Part shown: positions 17,440 through 26,103 of the stretch, in pieces
Numbering within the stretch: position 1 is the stretch's first letter
Layout of the letters: each line of letters begins with the position of its first letter
Assembly (NCBI GenBank): GCA_963704935.1
Contig: CAVPIF010000003.1
Location: 154,888 to 218,887 of the forward strand
From: an uncultured Chloroflexia bacterium
Lineage (GTDB): Bacteria > Chloroflexota > Limnocylindria > Limnocylindrales > CSP1-4
DNA length: 64,000 bases
Direction: 5' to 3'
Program-made: the position numbers and the translations under genes
The notes under the pieces: model-generated
What the model saw: the letters and a program-made list of their open reading frames with translations, nothing else
Told to the model about the DNA's origin: nothing
Database searches by the model: none

Positions 17440-19017
17440 CAGGACGCCAGCGCGGCGCCAGGCCCGGAGGCCTGGACATGATGGACGGCGGCCTCATCAA
17501 GGTGGACCGCGGTGACCTCCGGGGCGCCGTCGAGATCGGCGATGGTGCGGGCCACTCGCAGCAGCCGCTCCGTGCCTCGCCCACTGGCGTCGCCCGAGTC
17601 CGCGAGCTCCTGCGTGCGACGGCGGGCCGCCTCGTCCAGCCGGCAGATCGAGCGAAGGTGTCGACCGCGGAGTCGCGCGTTCAGATGACCCCCGTTCCGG
17701 GCCAACCCGAGCAGTCGGGCCGCGGCGATCCGGGGCGCGACCGCCGAAGACGACTCCGGGTCCCGTCGCCCGACGAGGATCGACGGCGCGACGCGGGGCA
17801 TGGTGACCCACAGGTCGATCCGGTCGCGAAGGGGCCCCGACACCTTGCGGGCGTACCGCGCGATCGCGGCGTCCGTACAGCGACAGCGGCCCTCCGGGAG
17901 CGATCCCGCGTAGCCGCACGGGCAGGGGTTCATCGCGGCGACCAGCTGGAAGCGCGCCGGGAAGGTCACCGTCCGACCGGCTCGCGCGATCACGACCCGC
18001 CCATCCTCCAGCGGTTGGCGCAGGGCGTCGAGCACATCACGGTCGAACTCCGCGAGCTCGTCGAGGAAGAGGATCCCATGATCCGCCTTCGTCGCCTCAC
18101 CAGGCGTGAGCGCCGGTCCCCCACCGATCAGCGCCGCCGACGATGCGGTGTGGTGCGGACACCGGAACGGGGGTACGCGGCGGAGGGCACGGACCGGACC
18201 CTCGCCGGCGGCCGATGCCACGACCGTGACCGCCAATGCCGCGGCGTCGTCAAGCGGGGGCAGCAACCCCGGGATCGTCCGCGCCAGTAGCGTCTTGCCG
18301 ACGCCAGGAGGCCCCGAGAGCAGGAGGCCATGCCCACCGGACAGGGCGATCTCCAGGGCGCGGCGAGCCTGGGCCTGGTCGCGCACCTCCGCCAGGTCCG
18401 GGGGCGGCAGCTCCGTGGTGGGCCGACCGCCGGTCGTGAGCTGCGTCGTCTTGGGCTTGCCCCGATGCGATCGTGACCCGCGGCATCGCGACCGGAGGCC
18501 GCCGTGAACGGCGGCCGCGGACGGCGGCGGCCGCTTCCGCCAGCGTCGCCACCCCGGTCACGGTGATGCCATCGACCAGGCGTGCCTCGTCCACCGCCCC
18601 TTCAGCGACGACCACGCGGCCGACCCCGCGTCGAGCGAGGGCGGCGACCATCGGCAGGGTCCCGGCCACCGCCCGCACGTCGCCGCCGAGCGAGAGCTCG
18701 CCGACGAGCGCCACCGCATCGCCGCCAGCCCGGACCTGCTCGGACCCGAGGAGGATCCCCATCGCCATCGCCAGGTCCAGCGATGCCCCGGCCTTGCGCA
18801 GTCCGGCGGGGGCGAGATTGATCGTGATCCGTCGCGGCGGGAATGCGAAGCCGGCGTTGCGGATGGCGCCGCGCACGCGCTCGCGTGCCTCCTGCAGGGC
18901 GGCGTCCGCGAGACCCACGACCGTGAAGCCCGGGAGGCCGGGCGCGACATCGACCTCGACGCGGATGAGGCGCCCGTCGAGGCCGTCGAGGGTCGCGGAT
19001 GGGAGGACTGCCAGCAC
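17439..19017 (-). pseudogene. comM: Mg-chelatase-like AAA+ protein ComM/YifB, split by a frameshift in this assembly
   Basis: The N-terminal Lon-like domain is ORF 18250..19017 (ITINLAPAGLRKAGASLDLAMAMG). The AAA+ part is ORF 17439..18386 (GPPGVGKTLLA, FLDELAEF). The two are in different frames. The C-frame extends upstream as TELPPPDLAEVRDQAQARRALE. Confidence 0.85.
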
Positions 19018-19113
19018 GGGCGAACCCTAGCCGCCGGCACTTATCCCGCGGTCACCACGAGGTCACTTGCGGCACACCGGCCCCCCGGCCACCGCTGCCG
19101 GGACGGACTGCGT

Positions 19114-20277
19114 TCAGCGGGTGGTGACCACCGCCTTGGTCACGACCGGCTTGTCGACGGACCGTGCGAACTGGAGCAGCGACGAGCCCAGGGGCGAGTC
19201 TGCCTTCGTGAACATGAACGGCGACCCGGAGTTGAGCGCGCTGATCGCCCCGCGGTATTCGTTCACGACCTGGTGGTCGATCGACCGCTTCAGGGCACCC
19301 TCGGCGTTCTTCACGTTGATCCCGGTGAAGGCGTTCGATCGGTTCAGCACCAGCTGGACCTTCGACGCGGGATAGCCCAGGTGCCCCATCGTCTCGAGGA
19401 TGAGCCGGACGTTCTTGAGGCACGACAGGTCCGCCGTCATGACCACGAACACGTTCTCGGCCGTCTCGAAGATCCCGAGGTTGACGTCATCGAGTCGCTT
19501 GTCCACATCGATCAGGACGTAGTCGTACAGCGTCCGCAGATGCTCGATGATGAGCGGCAGGTGCTCGGCCCGGACGAGGTCGGCGCTCTCCGGTGACGGC
19601 GGCGCCAGCAGCAGGTCGACCCCCGAATCGTGCTTGACCATCACCTGGCGGACGAGATCGACGTCGATGTTCGGGGCGCTGACGATGTCGACGATCGACT
19701 TCTTGTCGAGACCCAGATCCAGGAACACCCGGTGGTCGCCGAACTGGAGGTTGGCGTCCACGAGGCAGACCTTGCGACCGAGCTCGCGATGCAGGGCGAT
19801 GGCCGCATTGATGGAGATCGTCGTCGTCCCGACGCCACCCTTGGCGCCGTAGAGAGCCAAGACCCGGCCCATCGGCGGACGCGCCAGCAGGCCGTCCCGC
19901 GGCGCGAACCGGGCGAGCAGGCTCTTGATGCGCGCCAGCAACTCCGCCGGGTGGAACGGCTTGATGAGGTAATCGTCCGCGCCGGCCCGGAGGCCCCGGA
20001 CCTTCTGCTCCACCTCGCGCTCTGCCGTGAGCATGATGATCGGGACGTGGGCGGACCCGCCCTCCTCTGCCCGGATCTTGGCCGCTACCTGGTAGCCGTC
20101 GAGCTTGGGCAGCATGACGTCGAGCAGCAGGAGATCGGGGGCCTCGGCACCCCACAGGCGGAATCCCTCCGCGCCATCGGCCGCGACGACGACTTCGTAG
20201 CCCTCCTGCTTCAGCGTGTACTGGAGCAGTCGTTGGACATTCGGATCGTCGTCGACGACGAGGATCTTGGCCGCCAT
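19114..20277 (-). CDS. response-regulator receiver domain fused to a CpaE/TadZ/MinD-like ATPase (copy 1)
   Basis: The REC signature is complete (VVDDD, LLLLDVMLP, IMLTA, LIKPF). It is followed by an ATPase domain with the atypical P-loop GAKGGVGTTT, plus LVDANLQFGD and DLLLAPP. Confidence 0.85.
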   Translation of the reverse strand: MAAKILVVDDDPNVQRLLQYTLKQEGYEVVVAADGAEGFRLWGAEAPDLLLLDVMLPKLDGYQVAAKIRAEEGGSAHVPIIMLTAEREVEQKVRGLRAGADDYLIKPFHPAELLARIKSLLARFAPRDGLLARPPMGRVLALYGAKGGVGTTTISINAAIALHRELGRKVCLVDANLQFGDHRVFLDLGLDKKSIVDIVSAPNIDVDLVRQVMVKHDSGVDLLLAPPSPESADLVRAEHLPLIIEHLRTLYDYVLIDVDKRLDDVNLGIFETAENVFVVMTADLSCLKNVRLILETMGHLGYPASKVQLVLNRSNAFTGINVKNAEGALKRSIDHQVVNEYRGAISALNSGSPFMFTKADSPLGSSLLQFARSVDKPVVTKAVVTTR

Positions 20278-20293
20278 CAGTCCTCCACAGGCG

Positions 20294-21373
20294 TCACGTG
20301 GTTGGGGAGGCCGGCTGGGCCACCGGCGCCCCGATTATAGAGCCGTGCCCGTCGTCGCTGGCATCGTCCTTCCGGGCGTGGGCCAGAGCCACCCGCAGGA
20401 AGTCCGTGACCTCGCGCTCATAGTCCTGGGTCATGGCTTCGTGGGCGCCGCTGTGCCCGGCGCCCGGGACCACCCAGTGCCGGGTCGAAGGCCCGGCCGA
20501 TCCCGCAAGACGCCGTCCCGCGGCGATGGGCACGGTCTCGTCGGCATCGCCGTGGATGAGCAGCATCGGCACCGGCTCGACAAGCCCGATGATGCGGGCG
20601 GGCTCCATCGCGCGGGGATCGGCCCCGAGCGTCCGCGACGCGCCATCGAACAGCCGGGCGGCGATGAACCGGGGAGCCGGTCCGGGCAACCGCGCGGCGA
20701 TCGGGATCTCGAGCTCCGGGGCCACCGAATCGGCGACGATCGCGACGATCCGCGGTCGCGGCGGCGGGTCCACGTGGCGCGGCGCCGCCGGGTCGACGTC
20801 GGCACCCGTGAGGCTGCCGTCACCGAGCGTCACGACCGCCACGATGGCGCTGATCCCGCCCATCGAGGTCCCGACCAGGGCCGCCCTGGTCACCCCGCGA
20901 TCACCCAGCCAGGCCAGGGCACCGGCGATGTCCTCCGTCTCGAGCAGCCCGAAGGTCGACGGTCCATCGTCTGACTCGCCGTGTCCTCGGAAGTCGAGGC
21001 CGAGCACGGCGGCGGTGCGGCGCAGGAACGGGCCGTATTCGACGAGATCCGGCACGATGGAGCCGGTGTAGCCGTGCAGCAGGAGGATGGCCTCGTGCGG
21101 GTCGGGGGTCCAGTCGCCCGACCCCGCGGCTGCCCCATCGCCCGCGGCGCCCGCCTCGACCGGCAACCAGCGTGCCGCCAACCGGAGTCCGTCACGTGAC
21201 CGGAACCTGATCACCTCGCCGCCGAGCGCGTCCAGTGCGGGTCCCAGGTTCGCTTCGTCCGGCGTCACGCGTGGCGCGCGCAGGAGCCGATCCCCGCCGC
21301 GCCGACGCAGGGCCCGGGCGGTCGCGAGGGAGAGGGCGGTCGCGCCCGCGGCCGCCAGCAGGCGACGGATCAC
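20294..21373 (-). CDS. alpha/beta-fold hydrolase
   Basis: HGYTG oxyanion region, nucleophile elbow GTSMGG, then HGDADETV and GAGH. There is an N-terminal hydrophobic segment. The GTG start overlaps the SPFH stop (GTGA). Confidence 0.85.
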   Translation of the reverse strand: MIRRLLAAAGATALSLATARALRRRGGDRLLRAPRVTPDEANLGPALDALGGEVIRFRSRDGLRLAARWLPVEAGAAGDGAAAGSGDWTPDPHEAILLLHGYTGSIVPDLVEYGPFLRRTAAVLGLDFRGHGESDDGPSTFGLLETEDIAGALAWLGDRGVTRAALVGTSMGGISAIVAVVTLGDGSLTGADVDPAAPRHVDPPPRPRIVAIVADSVAPELEIPIAARLPGPAPRFIAARLFDGASRTLGADPRAMEPARIIGLVEPVPMLLIHGDADETVPIAAGRRLAGSAGPSTRHWVVPGAGHSGAHEAMTQDYEREVTDFLRVALAHARKDDASDDGHGSIIGAPVAQPASPTT

Positions 21374-22314
21374 TCCGCCGCCGGTGTCGCTGGCGGAGTC
21401 GCCGAAGGCCCGGGCCCGACCCGCGGCGACGCAGCTGCCGACCCGCCGGCCGGCTTGGTGTACTCGAGGAACGGCTCCAGCAGTCGGGTGAACTCGAACG
21501 GGATCACGAACTTCGTGGCCGGCCCGGCGCCCAGTGCCTTGAGGGCCTCGAGGTACTGGAGCGCCATCGTCTTCTGATCCACACCGGATGCGGCCTGATA
21601 GATCCGGGTCAGCGCGTCGCCGAAGCCCTCCGCGCGCAGGATGGCGGCCTGCCGCTCGCCCTCCGCCTTGAGGATCTCCGACTGCTTCTGGCCCTCGGCG
21701 ACGTTGATCGCCGACTGCCGTGCGCCCTCCGACTCGGTGATGACGGCACGTCGGGTTCGCTCGGCCGACAGCATCCGGTTCATCGAGTCGAGGATGTCCC
21801 TGGGCGGGGTGATCTCGCGGATCTCCACCCGGGTGATCTTGCCGCCCCAGTTCTCCGTGATCTCGTCGAGCTTCGTGCGCAGGACTTCGTTGATCTGGTC
21901 GCGCTTGGACAGGACATCGTCGAGCAGGAAGTCACCGACCACCGCGCGCAGGTTCGTGGTGGCGACGCCGGCGAGCGCTCCGACGAAGTCCTGGACGTTC
22001 ACCACGCTCTTGAGCGGGTCGATGATCCGCCAGTAGATGAGGAAGTCGATCGGGATCGTCACGTTGTCCTTGGTGATCGCCGTCTGGCTCGGGACCTCCA
22101 CGTACTGCTCGCGCAGGTTCACCCGCTGCGGTCGGTCGATGATCGGGATGAGCAGCACGAGGCCCGGTCCCTTGACCAGCGAATCGTCGGTGTTGCCCAG
22201 GCGGTAGACGACGAGCTTGTCGCCGCGGTTGACGACCCGGATGGCCAGCCACAGCACCAGCAGCGCGAGGACGACGATCGCGACGATCGTGATGGTCAAC
22301 GGCAGGTCGTTCAT
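21370..22314 (-). CDS. SPFH/band-7 (stomatin-like) membrane protein
   Basis: 314 aa with an N-terminal TM, an SPFH core (TKDNVTIPIDFLIYWRIIDP) and coiled-coil AEGQKQSEILKAEGERQAAILRAEG. Confidence 0.93.
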   Translation of the reverse strand: MNDLPLTITIVAIVVLALLVLWLAIRVVNRGDKLVVYRLGNTDDSLVKGPGLVLLIPIIDRPQRVNLREQYVEVPSQTAITKDNVTIPIDFLIYWRIIDPLKSVVNVQDFVGALAGVATTNLRAVVGDFLLDDVLSKRDQINEVLRTKLDEITENWGGKITRVEIREITPPRDILDSMNRMLSAERTRRAVITESEGARQSAINVAEGQKQSEILKAEGERQAAILRAEGFGDALTRIYQAASGVDQKTMALQYLEALKALGAGPATKFVIPFEFTRLLEPFLEYTKPAGGSAAASPRVGPGPSATPPATPAAE

Positions 22315-22369
22315 CAGTGCTCCTTGCGTTGTGATCCGTCAATCATGCGTCGGCGGAACGATCCGTGGT

Positions 22370-23752
22370 TCACGGATCGTCGGCCGCTCGATCGGCGAGC
22401 GGCTCCACGATGACCGTCAGGCCCTCCTGGCGGAGGATGCGGACCGGGACGCCCTGGCCCACCGGCTCCCCATCGGCCGTCCGGGCGGACCATTCCTCCC
22501 CGGCCACGAACACGACACCGGTCGGCGACAGCGACGTGCGCACCAGGCCCGCCGCGCCCGCGACCAGCACGGGACCGGTGGCCCGACCGAGCGTCGTCCC
22601 GACCCGCCGACGCCATCGGACGACGATGAACAGGATGAACAGCATGTAGCCGGCCGTCGTTGCCGTCAGGACGGCGATGATCGCCGGATCGACCGAGATG
22701 GACGGAGCCGTCGGGGTGCCGGGCTCCGTGTAGAGCGCCGATGCGCCCAGCGCGAAGCAGACGATCCCACCCACCGTGAGCAGGCCGTGGCTGGTGACGG
22801 TGAACTCGAGCAGGAACAACACGATGGCGAGACCGATGAGCAGGATGCCGGCGACGTTGAGCGGAAGACTTCCGAAGCCGACGAACGCCAGGACGATGGC
22901 GAGCGCCCCCAGGATCCCGGTCACGAAGTTCGGGCTCTGGAGCTCGAACAGGAGGCCATAGAAGCCGAGCGTGAACAGGATGAACGCGATGTTCGGGTCG
23001 GACAGAAGGTGCAGCAGTTGCTGGGCCGGGTTCATCGGCAGGTCGATCGCGATCGCGCCGGCGGTCGCGATGACGGTCGACACGCCGCGGACCGAGACGT
23101 CCCGACCATCGACGAAGGCGAGGACCTCCTCGATCGACCCGACGATCCCATCGACCGCTCCGAGCGACAGCGCCTCCGTCGCCGGCGACGAACGAGCCTC
23201 GGCGACGGTGTCCTGCGCCCAGTCCACGTTCCGACCGCGCGCCTCCGCGATGGAGCGGATGCTGGCGATCGCGTCGTTGCGGACCTTGTCGCCGAGGGCG
23301 CCCTCGATGTCCTCCCCCTGCCCACCCACCGGGGTCGCCGCCCCGATGTTGGTGCCGGGGGCCATCAGCGCGACGTGACTCGCCAGGGTGATGAAGGTAC
23401 CCGCGCTCGCCGCCCGCGCTCCGGCCGGGGAGACCCACACCACGGTCGGCAGTGGCGCATCGAGCAGTGACGAGACGATCTTCTGTGTCGCGTCGAGACT
23501 CCCGCCAGGCGTGTTGAGCCGGATCACGACTGCCGCAGCGCCGTCCCGGTCCGCCCGGGCGATCCCCTCTTCGATGTAGCCCGCCATGACGCTGTCGACG
23601 ACGCCGGTGGTCGGCAGCACGACGACGGTCGGGGCGGGACCCGTGGCCTCGGGGGACGAGGTCTGCGCGGCAGCCGAGCCGCTCGAGATCAACTCCAGCG
23701 CCCCGATGAGGAGCGGGAGGACGAGCACCAGCCGGATGATGGATCTCGACAT
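22370..23752 (-). CDS. NfeD-family membrane-bound ClpP-class serine protease
   Basis: Start trimmed to ATG 23752 (MSRSIIRLVLVLPLL, signal-like). ClpP-like domain (LNTPGGSLD, ASAGTFI), a multi-TM block, and a C-terminal NfeD OB domain. Located upstream of the SPFH gene. Confidence 0.88.
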   Translation of the reverse strand: MSRSIIRLVLVLPLLIGALELISSGSAAAQTSSPEATGPAPTVVVLPTTGVVDSVMAGYIEEGIARADRDGAAAVVIRLNTPGGSLDATQKIVSSLLDAPLPTVVWVSPAGARAASAGTFITLASHVALMAPGTNIGAATPVGGQGEDIEGALGDKVRNDAIASIRSIAEARGRNVDWAQDTVAEARSSPATEALSLGAVDGIVGSIEEVLAFVDGRDVSVRGVSTVIATAGAIAIDLPMNPAQQLLHLLSDPNIAFILFTLGFYGLLFELQSPNFVTGILGALAIVLAFVGFGSLPLNVAGILLIGLAIVLFLLEFTVTSHGLLTVGGIVCFALGASALYTEPGTPTAPSISVDPAIIAVLTATTAGYMLFILFIVVRWRRRVGTTLGRATGPVLVAGAAGLVRTSLSPTGVVFVAGEEWSARTADGEPVGQGVPVRILRQEGLTVIVEPLADRAADDP

Positions 23753-23769
23753 GGGCCACCTCGGTCGCC

Positions 23770-24354
23770 CTATCGTACCCCGCTGGCGTCCAGTGTCTCG
23801 AAGGCGAGTCGGCTCCAGGTCTCCATCCCGTCCACGGTGGCGGCGACCTCGGACGGCGCGGCGAACGCGCCGTGCAGCTTGTCGCGCTCTCGCACGTCGA
23901 CCGGGCGACCCGCCGCGTCGGCCGTGTAGACGACGCCCAGGTGGACGGCACCGACGTCTGTCGTGTCGTCGTTGAGCAGCGCGATCGCGTGGAACTGTGG
24001 CACGAACGCCGCTTCCAGCTCCTCGTGCCATTCGCGTCGCAGCCCGCCCAGCAGGTCGTCGTCGCCCGGGTTCACGTGCCCCCCCACTCCGATCGACCAG
24101 CGATCATGGAGCCGGGCGTCCGCGCCGGCCCGGGTTCGCTGCATCAGGAAGTAGTCCACCCCGTCGCGCAGCACGAGGTACGGGATGAGCTGCTTCCAGG
24201 CGGGATCGTGTTCCATCCGGTCGCGCGGTTCGAATCGGGCGTGCGCCGCGACGGCCGCGAGCAGGTCGGCGATGCCGTCCGAGCGCATGCCGTACCAGGA
24301 AGCCCTGTCCGGTACATGTTCGCGAGCGATCACGAGGACCCGCTCGACGGTCAC
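23770..24354 (-). CDS. NUDIX-family hydrolase
   Basis: 194 aa after trimming to GTG 24354 (GTGA with the tyrA stop). Nudix-box-like GGHVNPGDDDLLGGLRREWHEELE. Confidence 0.65.
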   Translation of the reverse strand: MTVERVLVIAREHVPDRASWYGMRSDGIADLLAAVAAHARFEPRDRMEHDPAWKQLIPYLVLRDGVDYFLMQRTRAGADARLHDRWSIGVGGHVNPGDDDLLGGLRREWHEELEAAFVPQFHAIALLNDDTTDVGAVHLGVVYTADAAGRPVDVRERDKLHGAFAAPSEVAATVDGMETWSRLAFETLDASGVR

Positions 24355-25241
24355 CCGGGCATCTCCTCGAGGATCCCTCGCGCGGCCCCGAGCCGGTCCG
24401 CGACCAGCCCGGCGTCCGGTCCGCCAGGTCGCTCCAGTTCCTCGACCCATCCGTCCAGGACCGTGATGAGGTCGCGGACCCGCGCCGCGATGGCTTCGGC
24501 GTTGGTGACCACGATCCCGGTCCCCATCGCGATGTCTCCCCGGGCCAGGCGCGTGGTATCCCGCCAGCCACTGGCAGCCAGCATGGCGGCCACGGCCCAG
24601 TCGTCGCGCCGGGTCGCGGCGGATCCGGCCACGGCTTCGACGAGCGACGCCGCCGTCAACAGCGGCAGGTGGCTGATGGCGGCCACCGCGGCATCGTGCG
24701 GTCCCGCCGCCAGGCGGATGGGGCGGGCGCCGGTGGCGCGGACGAGTGCCTCCACCCGCTCGACCGCGGCCGTATCGTTCGTCGGAACGACGACCCACGG
24801 ACGGTCAGCCAGCAGCTCCGCGTCGGCCGCGGCGAACCCGTGGGTCTCCCGCCCGGCCATCGGGTGACTGCCGACGAACCTGAGGCCCAGGGCCGTCGCG
24901 CGCAGCACCAGGGCCGCCTTGGAGCTGGCCACGTCGGTGATCACCGCGTCCGGGTCCAGCGCGGCTCGCCACGTCCCGGCGAGCTCGTCCAGCATCGCGA
25001 GGCAATCCGGGACCGGCGCCGCGAGGACGACCAGTCCGGCGCCGTCGATCGCCGCTTCCGGCGTCGATGCCACGACGTCCACGACGCCGGCCGCACCGCC
25101 GGCGGCCGGTCCGACACCGCGCGGGGTCCAGGCCGCGATCGACCAGCGCGAATCCGGGCCCGCGGGATCGGCCAGGCCTGCCCGGAGGGCGTGGGCGATC
25201 GAACCCCCGATCAGACCGAAGCCGAGGAATGCCACGCGCAT
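24351..25241 (-). CDS. tyrA: prephenate dehydrogenase
   Basis: Start trimmed to ATG 25241 (MRVAFLGFGLIGGSIA, a GxGxxG motif). Also FVGSHPMAG. The longer track ORF runs antisense through the LuxR gene. Confidence 0.85.
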   Translation of the reverse strand: MRVAFLGFGLIGGSIAHALRAGLADPAGPDSRWSIAAWTPRGVGPAAGGAAGVVDVVASTPEAAIDGAGLVVLAAPVPDCLAMLDELAGTWRAALDPDAVITDVASSKAALVLRATALGLRFVGSHPMAGRETHGFAAADAELLADRPWVVVPTNDTAAVERVEALVRATGARPIRLAAGPHDAAVAAISHLPLLTAASLVEAVAGSAATRRDDWAVAAMLAASGWRDTTRLARGDIAMGTGIVVTNAEAIAARVRDLITVLDGWVEELERPGGPDAGLVADRLGAARGILEEMPG

Positions 25242-25363
25242 GCGCCCGAGTATCGCAGCCGTGCCTGCGCGACGCTCGGACGGATATCGCGTACCATCGC
25301 AGGGTCGGCAGTTCAAGCCCGGGCGTGCGCTCCGAGGATGGCGCAGACCCGCTCGTTCCGTAT

Positions 25364-25368
25364 GGAGG
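25364..25368 (+). promoter_or_regulatory. Shine-Dalgarno (GGAGG) for the LuxR-type regulator
   Basis: GGAGG lies 8 nt upstream of ATG 25377. Confidence 0.6.
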
Positions 25369-25376
25369 TTTGCTGC

Positions 25377-26063
25377 ATGGCGTTCCAAACCGACCCGATC
25401 CGCGTCCTGTTGGTCGACGACCAGCAGCTGCTTGCGGACTCGCTCGCCCGGCTCCTTGGCACGGAACCGGACATCCGGGTGGTCGGGGTGGCCGGCAGCG
25501 TGGCGGCAGCCAAGCAGCTCTCTCGCGAACGGATGGACGTCGTGCTGATGGACTACCGCCTGCCGGACGGCACCGGGGCCGATGCGACGCGGGCGATCAA
25601 GGCGCGCTGGCCGTCGGCCCGGGTCGTGATGCTCACCGCGGTCGCGGACGATGAGACGATCCTCGAGTCGATCCAAGCCGGCGCCGACGGCTACCTGACC
25701 AAGGACCGGGCCCTGGACGAGGTGGTCGCGGCGGTCCGCGATGCCGCCGCGGGCGAGACCCTGCTGCCACGCTCGGTGATCATGGGTATCGCCCATCGAG
25801 TCGCCGAGGCTCGTGACCGCGCGGTCGAACGCCCGCACATCGAATCCCTCACGACCCGCGAGCTGGAGGTCCTGCGCGCTCTCAGTGAGGGCCTGGCGAG
25901 CCCGATCATCTGTGAGCGTCTGAGCATCTCGCGCAACACGTTGCGAACACACGTGCAGAACATCATGACCAAGCTGCACGTGCACTCCAAGCTGGAGGCC
26001 GTCACGGTGGCCCTCCGGCTGCGGATCATCGACGCCCCGCGGGGGAACGACTCGCTGTACTGA
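25377..26063 (+). CDS. NarL/FixJ (LuxR)-family response regulator
   Basis: 228 aa. REC domain (LLVDDQ, VVLMDYRLPDG, MLTA, YLTKD) plus a C-terminal LuxR HTH (LTTRELEVLRALSEGLASPIICERLSISRNTLRTHVQNIMTKL). No histidine kinase is adjacent. Confidence 0.93.
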   Translation: MAFQTDPIRVLLVDDQQLLADSLARLLGTEPDIRVVGVAGSVAAAKQLSRERMDVVLMDYRLPDGTGADATRAIKARWPSARVVMLTAVADDETILESIQAGADGYLTKDRALDEVVAAVRDAAAGETLLPRSVIMGIAHRVAEARDRAVERPHIESLTTRELEVLRALSEGLASPIICERLSISRNTLRTHVQNIMTKLHVHSKLEAVTVALRLRIIDAPRGNDSLY

Positions 26064-26097
26064 AGCGGCCGGCCACGGCAGGCGATCGGCCGGCGCT
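26064..26097. terminator. hairpin between convergent genes (possible bidirectional terminator)
   Basis: AGCGGCCGGCC, a 13-nt loop, then GGCCGGCGCT: about a 10-bp stem with one bulge. No U-tract. Confidence 0.25.
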
Positions 26098-26103
26098 GGT
26101 CAG

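Noticed and set aside
19052-19423. 123-aa minus-strand ORF at the 3' end of the receiver-ParA gene.
   Set aside because: It is in an alternative frame entirely inside or overlapping a gene with clear homology. It has an Arg/Gly-rich translation.
25305-25325. T-arm-like GGCAGTTCAAGCCCGGG in the tyrA/LuxR divergent gap, suggesting a tRNA.
   Set aside because: No acceptor, D or anticodon arms can be drawn around it. It is probably coincidental.
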